Positions 1 through 7,716 of a DNA stretch of 15,358 bases are shown here, in pieces; position 1 is the stretch's first letter, and the number at the start of each line of letters is the position of its first letter. The stretch comes from Candidatus Helarchaeota archaeon. GTDB taxonomy: Archaea > Asgardarchaeota > Lokiarchaeia > Helarchaeales > RDOG01. The notes under the pieces are model-generated. The model made no database searches and was not told the origin of the DNA. It saw nothing but the letters and a program-made list of their open reading frames with translations. The stretch spans positions 2,215 through 17,572 of the forward strand of contig JALGVI010000070.1 of assembly GCA_029838215.1 (NCBI GenBank), read 5' to 3'. Position numbers and translations under genes: made by a program.

Positions 1-555
1 GTCATTGAGTCTGTCTGTAAGGGATGTGGTGTCTGTGCTGCAGGATGTCCGGCTGATGCAATAACCATCAAGCACTTTACAAATCAACAAATAAATAACA
101 TGATAGATGTTGCGCTGACAAATCCCGCTTTGAAAACAGAACCAAAAATCATCGCATTTTTATGTAATTGGTGCAGCTATGCAGGTGCGGATAATGCAGG
201 AGTAAGTCGATTTCAATATTCTCCATCAGTACGCGTGATTCGGGTAATGTGTTCGGGCCGAATCAACATCTTGCATCTTCTTGAAGCATTTAAAGCTGGT
301 GCAGATGGCGTGATGGTTTTGGGTTGTCATATTGGTGACTGCCATTATATTTCCGGTAACCTGCACGCTCAAAGACGGGTAAATATGGCAAAACGTCTCG
401 TGGAGCTAGCAGGCATTAATCCCGAGCGTTTAAAATTGGAATGGGTAAGTGCTGCTGAAGGTAAAAAATTTGCTCAATTAATTAATGATTTCATCGCTGA
501 ACTTGAAGAAATGAAAAAGAATGAAAACATGTTCCTCATGCACAAACTGAAATAG
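1..555 (+). CDS. hdrA-mvhD: 3' end of an HdrA-MvhD fusion protein, 5'-truncated by the window: last HdrA ferredoxin motif plus a complete MvhD [2Fe-2S] domain
   Basis: Frame 1 is open from base 1, upstream of the ORF-track ATG at 100. It reads VIESVCKGCGVCAAGCPADAITIKHFTNQQINNMID (CxxCxxCxxxCP plus the typical HdrA C-terminal tail), then IIAFLCNWCSYAGAD...RVMCSGR...GCHIGDCHY...WVSAAEG (MvhD). TAG stop at 553-555. Confidence 0.93.
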   Translation, partial: VIESVCKGCGVCAAGCPADAITIKHFTNQQINNMIDVALTNPALKTEPKIIAFLCNWCSYAGADNAGVSRFQYSPSVRVIRVMCSGRINILHLLEAFKAGADGVMVLGCHIGDCHYISGNLHAQRRVNMAKRLVELAGINPERLKLEWVSAAEGKKFAQLINDFIAELEEMKKNENMFLMHKLK

Positions 556-558
556 GTA

Positions 559-3500
559 TTGACCGTGTCTGAAGTCAAGTTAAATGCTGTTCTCATAATT
601 GGTGCGGGAATAGGAGGCATGGATGCCGCCCTTGATTTAGCTGAGGCTGGACATCGCGTGTATCTCGTGGAGAAGACGGCTGCCATTGGAGGAAATTACG
701 CTCGCGTGTATAAGGTATTTCCTCTTGACGAATGTTCTGCTTGTGTCTTAACTCCTAAGATGAATGCCGTGGGAAAGCATCCTAACATCACGCTCTTAAC
801 TCTTTCAACAATTACCAAGATTGAAGGTGTTGCGGGTGATTTTCAAGTAACGATTCATAAGAAGCCGCGTTACGTCGATGAATCTAAATGCACCGGGTGT
901 GGCAGGTGTATTGAAGCATGTCCCGTGGAGGTTCTACATGAATATAACTATGGTTTGAATAAACGCAAGGCCATTTACTTGGATTTTGCCCAACAAATTC
1001 CATTCGTCACGACAATTGATAAAAATAATTGTATTAATTGCAGGATGTGCGAAAAAACCTGTTTGGCAAAAGCCATTAATCATGAAATGGAAGAAGAATT
1101 TCTAAATCTGAATGTTGGTGCCATTATCATTTCTACGGGTTTCGAGGAATTTGATCCCTCTGAAAAATTGCCTCAATTGGGTTATAAGCGTCATAAGAAT
1201 GTCATTACATCAATGATGTATGAGAGAATGACGCATCCTGCTGGTTTAGATAATGTCGTTCGTCCTTCTGATGGAAAGCGCATTAAAAGAGCTGTTTTTG
1301 TAAATTGCATTGGGGCTAGAGACGAACAAATTGGAAATACATATTGCAATAAGGCATGTTGCATGTTTAGCATGAAAAATGCCAGGAATCTTCACCATCA
1401 TGAAGAAGATGCTGAAATCTTCATTTCTTACATTGACATTCGATCGGCTGGAAAGCTCTATGAATTGTATTATCGTTCGACAATGCAAGATTATGGCATT
1501 AAATTCTTGCGAGGAAAGGTTGCAGAAGTACTGGAAGATCCTAAAACGAGAGATTTAACGGTGCGTTTAGAAGACACGGAAACGGCGGAGCCCATGACGA
1601 TAGATGACGTGGATCTGGTTGTTTTAAACTGTTCATTCCGTCCTTCTGAGGGTACATTAGAAATTGCTCGGCTATTGAATTTAGAAACTGAAGATGATGG
1701 CTTTATTAAAGAGTATAAGTTTGAAAATGGTGCCATCTCCACTTCAATTGCAGGGATTTATCTCGCAGGTGCAGCTCATGGTCCCAAAGATGGGTCTGAT
1801 ACAATTGTTGAAGCCAAGGCTGCGGCATCTGCTGCTGCAACACATCTCATCCAACCCGAAGCCCAGCTCGAAGTCACAAAATCCACCGTTTCCGATCCAA
1901 ATTATGTTCCAAAAGTGGGTGTTTTCGTCTGTCATTGTGGAGGAATCATTTCCTCTGTGGTTGATGTTAAAAAAGTCGTCGAAGAAATTAAAAAAGAGCC
2001 AAATGTTTCCTTTATCACCGATTATTTGTTCATGTGTTCAAGTCCTGGTCAAGACCTCATTAGAAACAATGCCAACAAATTCAATCGAGTATTGGTCTGT
2101 TCATGTTCTCCTGCAATTCATGAAAAAACATTCCGTAATTGCGTGGAAGATGTTGGAATGTCACGATTTCACTTCACGGGACCAATGAATATCCGCGAAC
2201 AGTGTGCAATGGTGCATAAAGATGATCATGAAAAAGCAACCGAAAAAGCCATTGAACTCATTCGGGGTGGGATTGCAAGAGTTGCAAGGCTTCAAGCCGT
2301 TCCAATTAGAAAGATTGATTTTGTGAACAGCGTGCTGATAATTGGAGGTGGTGTCGCAGGGTTGAACGCTGCTCTAGACTCTGCAAAAAGAGGGATGAGT
2401 GTTCATTTAATAGAAAAAGAATCGAGATTGGGTGGACGACTCACTCGCCTTTATAAACTCTTCCCTCACGGTGATCTTGCTCAAGACATTTTGAAGAAAC
2501 TATTTGATGATGTTGAAAAAGATCCAAACATAACGATTCACTTGGAGACCGAAATCGAAGAGATGACGGGACACGTTGGAAATTATGTAATAACGCTAAA
2601 TCAAAAAGGCAATCGCAACACGATAAATGTTGGTGGAGTGATTGTTTCAATTGGAACGAAAGCATACACACCTCAATTAGGGGAATACGGGTACGGACAA
2701 CATGAAAGAGTTCTCACTTCGCTTGAATTCGAAGAGAAATTGAGAAATGATGAAGAAATAAATCCTAAAAATGTTATATTCATACAATGTGTTGGATCCC
2801 GAGCGTATCCCGGTGAAGCTGGTAATGTTCACTGTTCTCGTGTTTGTTGTAACGTATCTCTAATAAATGCTGAAGTATTAAAAGAAAAATTTCCGACCTG
2901 TAATGTTCACGTCTTGTACAAGGAACACTTCCGTGCATTTGGAAGATACATGGAAGAAAAGTATAAAGCACTCATGATGCGGGGCGTGACCTTTACAAGG
3001 TTTAAAAAAGATGAAAAACCCGAAGTAATTGTAAACGGGGATAAAATCGAAATCAAATATCACGATTCACTTTTAAATAAATCATTTCACGAAGAGATTG
3101 ATTACCTGATCCTTTCTGTTGGACAAGAAGCCCCTGATGGGATTGAAAAATTATGTGAAGTGCTGGGCATCACGCGTTCGCAAGATGGTTTTGTTGAAGA
3201 AATGCACATAAAATTCCGCCCTGTAGAAACAAAAGTCCCCGGTGTTTTTACGTCAGCAAGCTTCCCAAAGGATGTTGCCGATACGATCAACATGGCGAGG
3301 GGTGCTGCTTCTGGCATTCATCAACTTCAGAAAGGTATTGAATTGGAGATGATCATTGCAGAGGTAAATGAAGATTTGTGTGTTGGATGTGGTTTATGCG
3401 AATCGATTTGTGCGTATGATGCCATTACAATGAAAGAAACTTCGCCCGGCAAATGGATTTCTGTTACTGATGAAATTCAATGCGCGGGATGCGGAACGTG

Positions 3501-3591
3501 TGTTGCTTCCTGCCCTGTCGGTGCGAGAGACCTCCGCTGGTGGCGAGACGAACAATTTCTGGCTCAAATTGAAGCCATATTACGTGAATGA
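559..3591 (+). CDS. hdrA: Tandem (double-flavin) HdrA-family protein, 1010 aa
   Basis: Module 1 (aa ~9-432): GAGIGG..VEK..IGG, FPLDECSAC, inserted ferredoxin CTGCGRCIEACP / CINCRMCEKTC, cluster motif CIGARD..CNKACC, GIYLAGAAHGPKD. Module 2 (aa ~452-1010): N-terminal domain GVFVCHCG..C..CSCSP..NIREQC, GGGVAG..IEK..LGG, CVGSR..CSRVCC, C-terminal ferredoxin CVGCGLCESIC / CAGCGTCVASCP. The start is TTG at 559 or GTG at 565 (AGGT at 554-557 favours 565). Confidence 0.93.
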   Translation: MTVSEVKLNAVLIIGAGIGGMDAALDLAEAGHRVYLVEKTAAIGGNYARVYKVFPLDECSACVLTPKMNAVGKHPNITLLTLSTITKIEGVAGDFQVTIHKKPRYVDESKCTGCGRCIEACPVEVLHEYNYGLNKRKAIYLDFAQQIPFVTTIDKNNCINCRMCEKTCLAKAINHEMEEEFLNLNVGAIIISTGFEEFDPSEKLPQLGYKRHKNVITSMMYERMTHPAGLDNVVRPSDGKRIKRAVFVNCIGARDEQIGNTYCNKACCMFSMKNARNLHHHEEDAEIFISYIDIRSAGKLYELYYRSTMQDYGIKFLRGKVAEVLEDPKTRDLTVRLEDTETAEPMTIDDVDLVVLNCSFRPSEGTLEIARLLNLETEDDGFIKEYKFENGAISTSIAGIYLAGAAHGPKDGSDTIVEAKAAASAAATHLIQPEAQLEVTKSTVSDPNYVPKVGVFVCHCGGIISSVVDVKKVVEEIKKEPNVSFITDYLFMCSSPGQDLIRNNANKFNRVLVCSCSPAIHEKTFRNCVEDVGMSRFHFTGPMNIREQCAMVHKDDHEKATEKAIELIRGGIARVARLQAVPIRKIDFVNSVLIIGGGVAGLNAALDSAKRGMSVHLIEKESRLGGRLTRLYKLFPHGDLAQDILKKLFDDVEKDPNITIHLETEIEEMTGHVGNYVITLNQKGNRNTINVGGVIVSIGTKAYTPQLGEYGYGQHERVLTSLEFEEKLRNDEEINPKNVIFIQCVGSRAYPGEAGNVHCSRVCCNVSLINAEVLKEKFPTCNVHVLYKEHFRAFGRYMEEKYKALMMRGVTFTRFKKDEKPEVIVNGDKIEIKYHDSLLNKSFHEEIDYLILSVGQEAPDGIEKLCEVLGITRSQDGFVEEMHIKFRPVETKVPGVFTSASFPKDVADTINMARGAASGIHQLQKGIELEMIIAEVNEDLCVGCGLCESICAYDAITMKETSPGKWISVTDEIQCAGCGTCVASCPVGARDLRWWRDEQFLAQIEAILRE

Positions 3592-3594
3592 GGA
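3589..3594 (+). promoter_or_regulatory. Stop codon overlapping the Shine-Dalgarno site (TGAGGA) of mvhD
   Basis: TGA 3589-3591 and GAGGA 3590-3594, 6 nt before ATG 3601. Confidence 0.6.
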
Positions 3595-3600
3595 AAAAAA

Positions 3601-4017
3601 ATGCCCCCGAGAAAGCCCGTCATAGTATTGTTTGCTTGCATGCAGTGTAGTTATACGGCACTCGACCTTGCAGGTACCTTGAAAATACAATACGATCCGA
3701 TCGTCCGAGTCGTGCGCTTTCCTTGTACGGGACGAATTGACATCATACATATATTAAAAGCAATTGTAAACGGGGCAGATGCTGTCGTCGTGGCTCCTTG
3801 TCATAAAGGAGATTGTGCTTATAAACTGGGGAATTTGGCTGCTGATAGACGCGTTCGATTCGTGAAACATCTTCTCAAGGAATTGAACATTGATCCGAGA
3901 AGGGTTCAAATTCATTTCGTAAGTGCCGCAGAGGGTGCTAAAATTGCCGAAGTTGTAAACCAAGTCGCAAAAGAAGTTGTTGAAGAAATCGGACCAAGTC
4001 CTTTTCGAAAAAAATGA
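3601..4017 (+). CDS. mvhD: Stand-alone MvhD ([2Fe-2S] hydrogenase delta/Hdr adaptor subunit)
   Basis: FACMQCSY..DLAG....QY....RVVRFPCTGRID....GAD.V....CHKGDCAY..GN...FVSAAEG. GAGGA RBS at 3590-3594. Confidence 0.93.
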   Translation: MPPRKPVIVLFACMQCSYTALDLAGTLKIQYDPIVRVVRFPCTGRIDIIHILKAIVNGADAVVVAPCHKGDCAYKLGNLAADRRVRFVKHLLKELNIDPRRVQIHFVSAAEGAKIAEVVNQVAKEVVEEIGPSPFRKK

Positions 4018-4032
4018 AGAAGGATCGCATTA

Positions 4033-4317
4033 ATGAGTCAAGATAAAAAGGAAGAATTGAATAAAATCATAAAAAAATTGGAAGAAACCAAAGATTCTAA
4101 AAGTTTAGAGTGGAAACGCATCGTTGAAGCCAATAAAGAAGAATTTGAGTCCATAAAATCCGCTATTAAAGAAAAACAGCAAGAATTAAAGACATTGGTA
4201 CAACGAAAAAGAGCTTTACAAATAAATAACGATGAATTTGAAGAAAGAGTCAATAAGATTCAGGATGAATTGACCGAGCTAGAATCAAAAATCCTGACCA
4301 TGAGAATGTCGTTTTGA
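4033..4317 (+). CDS. Hypothetical 94-aa Lys/Glu-rich coiled-coil protein
   Basis: Fills the gap between mvhD and the next hdrA-like gene, on the same strand, with AAGGA ~8 nt before the ATG. It has heptad-like hydrophobic spacing (e.g. FEERVNKIQDELTELESKILTM) and no Cys. Confidence 0.75.
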   Translation: MSQDKKEELNKIIKKLEETKDSKSLEWKRIVEANKEEFESIKSAIKEKQQELKTLVQRKRALQINNDEFEERVNKIQDELTELESKILTMRMSF

Positions 4318-4320
4318 GGA
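4315..4320 (+). promoter_or_regulatory. Stop codon overlapping the Shine-Dalgarno site (TGAGGA) of the hdrA-like half subunit
   Basis: TGA 4315-4317 and GAGGA 4316-4320, before ATG ATG at 4326/4329. Confidence 0.6.
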
Positions 4321-4325
4321 AAAAC

Positions 4326-5615
4326 ATGATGAAAAAAGCGTGCATAATTGGATCCGGGTTAAGTGCTTTGAATGCTGCCGTTGAGTTGGCAGATTCGGGA
4401 ATCGAAGTAACGGTAATAAGCAGGGATCGGTATGCGGGTGAAAATGCCCCCAATTTATATAAGGCATTTCCAACTGATGATTGTTTCTTCTGCGTTTCGG
4501 CAACAAGACTCAAGGATGGCATTCGAAAATGCTTTTATCGTTCCGGGATTTTTGAGCATCCAAATATTAAAATGTATTTTGATTCTAAAGTCGAAAGCAT
4601 CGAAGGGAATGGGCCTTTTCTCATTAAAATGCAGGAGGGTCCCATTTATATCGATCACGAAAAATGCATTCAATGTGGAGCTTGCGAGGAGGCTTGCCCT
4701 AAAACCATTCAGCTGAAGAGAAAGCTACAAATGACTCGTAGAAAAGCAATATATCATCGACTTCAATGTCTTCCATATTCTTACTATATTGATCGCGAAG
4801 CGTGTCCTCCCGATTGTGAAGAATGCATTAAAGCCTGTCCTGTAGAAGGTGTAATTAATCTAAATGCTCCCCCAAAGCATCTTGAACTTGAAGCAAGCGT
4901 CATCATTTTGGCGTTATCCTATAAGGAATTCGATCCCACTAATCTAACTCAATTGCATTATAACACGTATAAAAACGTCATCACGCAGGTTCAACTGGCT
5001 CGCATGCTAGATCCAACGGGTCCAACCGAAGGCAAGATCGTCCGTCGTTCAGATAATCGTCCCGCAAAAAGAATTTTCATGTTACAGTGCGTGGGATCAC
5101 GAGATGTGGAAAACCTACCGTATTGTAGCGAAATTTGTTGTACTTTTGCCTGTAAACATGCGTTAATAATAAAGAATGAGCGAGAACCAGAAACTCAAGT
5201 CTCAATCATTTACAAGGACATCCGGACTCTTGGTTTACAAGAAAAATATTATCGTGAAGCCCGAGATTCTGGAATTGATTTCGTAAAAGGGCATTTATCG
5301 CTCGTCAAGGAGCTTTCTGATGGAACGCTTGAGTTATTAATTTATGATGCCCTGCTAAACAAGTTAGTTCGTTGTCCAGCAGACCTTTTAATACTTTCGG
5401 CAGGATTGATGCCTTCCGAAAATGCTCTTGATTTGTTATCGATTGCGAATATTTCGCTTGATGATTTCAAGTTCACTGTAAAAGATCTCGATCTTGTTGA
5501 GACAAATCGAAAAGGGATTTATGCCATCGGCTCTATCGTGAAACCGCTCTCAATTCCCGAAGCCTCCATCTTGGCAAAGGCGGCTACATTCAAAATATTA
5601 GAGAATTTTACTTGA
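4326..5615 (+). CDS. hdrA: HdrA-like 'half' subunit (flavin-fold domain plus inserted 2x[4Fe-4S] ferredoxin) with a degenerate FAD-binding site; QmoA-sized
   Basis: GSGLSA..AA, YKAFPTDDCFFC, CIQCGACEEACP, CPPDCEECIKACP, CVGSRD..CSEICC, DIRTLG, GIYAIG. It has no N-terminal cluster domain and no C-terminal ferredoxin. The ORF track starts at TTG 4314, but GAGGA at 4316-4320 favours ATG 4326 or 4329. Confidence 0.85.
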   Translation: MMKKACIIGSGLSALNAAVELADSGIEVTVISRDRYAGENAPNLYKAFPTDDCFFCVSATRLKDGIRKCFYRSGIFEHPNIKMYFDSKVESIEGNGPFLIKMQEGPIYIDHEKCIQCGACEEACPKTIQLKRKLQMTRRKAIYHRLQCLPYSYYIDREACPPDCEECIKACPVEGVINLNAPPKHLELEASVIILALSYKEFDPTNLTQLHYNTYKNVITQVQLARMLDPTGPTEGKIVRRSDNRPAKRIFMLQCVGSRDVENLPYCSEICCTFACKHALIIKNEREPETQVSIIYKDIRTLGLQEKYYREARDSGIDFVKGHLSLVKELSDGTLELLIYDALLNKLVRCPADLLILSAGLMPSENALDLLSIANISLDDFKFTVKDLDLVETNRKGIYAIGSIVKPLSIPEASILAKAATFKILENFT

Positions 5616-5618
5616 GGA
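5613..5618 (+). promoter_or_regulatory. Stop codon overlapping the Shine-Dalgarno site (TGAGGA) of the 696-aa hdrA-mvhD
   Basis: TGA 5613-5615 and GAGGA 5614-5618, 7 nt before ATG 5626. Confidence 0.6.
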
Positions 5619-5625
5619 TTCATCC

Positions 5626-7716
5626 ATGCCCGAGAAAAAAGTCAAAATATTTACTTGCACGTGTGGCAAGACGCTCATGTCTGCTTTGGATTTTTCGAGA
5701 ATCCAAATTGAGTTACGAGATCAAGGGCTAGATGTAGAAATTAAGGATGTGTTATGCGATGAGCCGGGAATGGAATTACTGGCAGGGAGTCTTCAGGAAG
5801 GATTTGATCGTTTTATATTAGCAGCCTGCACGCCTCAGAAAATCGAGATGAAACTCCAGAATTATTTAAGGTCAAAAAGACTCGATCCGCACTCTTTTGA
5901 TGTAGTCAACATTCGAGAACAGTGCGCTTGGGTACATGATGACATTAATTCGGCAACAAATAAGGTGATTGCTCTAGTTAAAGCCTCATTTAGAAAGGAA
6001 CAGATCGCCTCTGCAATTGATCGAAAAGAATTCAACCTTTCAAAGGAAATTATCGTGATTGGTGGTGGAATTGCTGGTCTTCAAGCAGCCATTGATCTTA
6101 GTTCTTTAGGTTTCAACACGAAAATTTTAGAAAAAAGCTCTGAGGTTGGTGGACAGGTAAAAAATATCTCCAGAACCTTTCCTACTGGAAGGGTTGGGAA
6201 AGAAATCATCTCGGAAAAAATCAAGCTCATCCAAGAAAGAAACATACAAATCATGACTGATTGCAAGATAAATTGGATTTCTGGCCATCTAGGCAATTTC
6301 CAAATTAATTGCATGAAAGATGGGAAAGAAACGACACTTGAGTGTGCAGCTCTCGTGATAGCTACTGGTCACGAAGTATATCGTCCGTTTGACATGAAAC
6401 AATATAAATATGCTGAGATTCCTGGCATAATGACTTTGGACGAATTATCTAACAAGCTGGCTGATGAAGACTACTGCACCGATGAATTGAAAAGTCCTTT
6501 AACGGGCAAACCTGTAAGAAACTTATTCTTCATTCAATGTATCGGAAGCAGGGACACGTCGAGATTTAATTATTGTAGCGAATATTGTTGCATGTCTGCG
6601 ATTAATCATGCAATTGAACTTAAAGAAGCAATGCCTGATTTGGATGTAAAAATTAGTTATTTTGATATTAGAACACCGTATGAAGAAGAACTGAAATACA
6701 CGCAAGCGAGAAGTCTCGGAATCGATTTTATCCGTGGAAGGGTTGGTTCCGTAGAAGCACGAGATCACTCCTTGACAGTATCTGTTTTTGATACACATCT
6801 GGGGAAGCATTTTAAACTTCCTGCGGATATGATTGTTCTTTCTACACCCCTTTGCCCCGTTTCTGACAATAATAACCTATTCCAAATGCTTAACTTGAAT
6901 TTTACGAGTGATGGATTTCTCAAGGATTATTATTCTAAGCTCAGACAAGTTGAAACAAATCGTAAGGGAATTTTTATTTGTGGAACTGTCAGCGGTCCAA
7001 AGACAATTTCGAAATCCGTCGCCGAAGCACATGCTGTTGCGCTCAGGGTCAATCAACTCTTTCAAGATGGTCGTTTCGAAAAGGATCTGACCATAACTAA
7101 AATTGATCTTGAAACCTGTAATGGGTGCGGTTTATGCGTGCGAGTGTGTCCCTTTAACATTCCTGTCCTGATCGAGGAAGATGAAGAAAAAGCCTACGCA
7201 ATGATTGACGAATTACAATGTAAAGGTTGCGGTATATGTGCAAGCCTCTGTCCGACAGGTGCCGCTCAGCTTCAATCCTATCAACGTGATCAAATTCTAA
7301 TTCAAATCGAAGAACTTTTGAGCGATGCAAGCCCTAACAACCCTCTAATTATTGGATTTGTTTGTGATGAATGCGCATATGCTACTGTCGATTCCGTGGG
7401 AATTTTGCGGAAGAAATATCCGACAAATATCCGTTTGATTCGCTTACCCTGTTTGGGACGACTTTCTCTCCTTGATATCTTTAAAGCGTATGAAGAGGGT
7501 GCAGGTGGTGTCTTGCTACTTGGTTGTGCCGAAGATAGATGCCATTATTTAGAAGGAAACACAAAAATCGGGTATGAAGTTGAAATTGCTAAAGAAATTT
7601 TCAAGGCAATTGGACTGGATCCCGACACTCTCGAATACATACCCCTATTTTCTGCAGAACCCGATAAATTTCTCGAAGCCGTGAATAGAATGGCAATGAA
7701 GTTAAAATCCGTGTGA
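5626..7716 (+). CDS. hdrA-mvhD: HdrA-MvhD fusion (N-terminal cluster domain + FAD domain + C-terminal ferredoxin + MvhD); QmoB-like architecture
   Basis: CTCG..C..AACTP..NIREQCAWVH, GGGIAG..LEK..VGG, CIGSRD..CSEYCC, CNGCGLCVRVCP / CKGCGICASLCP, then MvhD from ~7342 (IIGFVCDECAY..PCLGR..GCAEDRCHYLEGN). It lacks the post-TFP CxxC and the inserted ferredoxin. Confidence 0.92.
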   Translation: MPEKKVKIFTCTCGKTLMSALDFSRIQIELRDQGLDVEIKDVLCDEPGMELLAGSLQEGFDRFILAACTPQKIEMKLQNYLRSKRLDPHSFDVVNIREQCAWVHDDINSATNKVIALVKASFRKEQIASAIDRKEFNLSKEIIVIGGGIAGLQAAIDLSSLGFNTKILEKSSEVGGQVKNISRTFPTGRVGKEIISEKIKLIQERNIQIMTDCKINWISGHLGNFQINCMKDGKETTLECAALVIATGHEVYRPFDMKQYKYAEIPGIMTLDELSNKLADEDYCTDELKSPLTGKPVRNLFFIQCIGSRDTSRFNYCSEYCCMSAINHAIELKEAMPDLDVKISYFDIRTPYEEELKYTQARSLGIDFIRGRVGSVEARDHSLTVSVFDTHLGKHFKLPADMIVLSTPLCPVSDNNNLFQMLNLNFTSDGFLKDYYSKLRQVETNRKGIFICGTVSGPKTISKSVAEAHAVALRVNQLFQDGRFEKDLTITKIDLETCNGCGLCVRVCPFNIPVLIEEDEEKAYAMIDELQCKGCGICASLCPTGAAQLQSYQRDQILIQIEELLSDASPNNPLIIGFVCDECAYATVDSVGILRKKYPTNIRLIRLPCLGRLSLLDIFKAYEEGAGGVLLLGCAEDRCHYLEGNTKIGYEVEIAKEIFKAIGLDPDTLEYIPLFSAEPDKFLEAVNRMAMKLKSV

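Noticed and set aside
100-555. ORF-track call of a stand-alone 151-aa MvhD starting at ATG 100
   Set aside because: The frame is open to base 1 and encodes an HdrA C-terminal ferredoxin motif, so this is the tail of a larger fusion.
1694-2188. 164-aa alternative-frame ORF on + inside hdrA
   Set aside because: It lies entirely within a well-conserved hdrA in another frame and has no motifs or RBS; a shadow ORF.
4326-7716. Calling the 430/696-aa pair qmoA/qmoB and inferring sulfate reduction
   Set aside because: The architecture is similar, but the short subunit has an inserted ferredoxin unlike QmoA, and there is no aprAB, sat or qmoC in the window.
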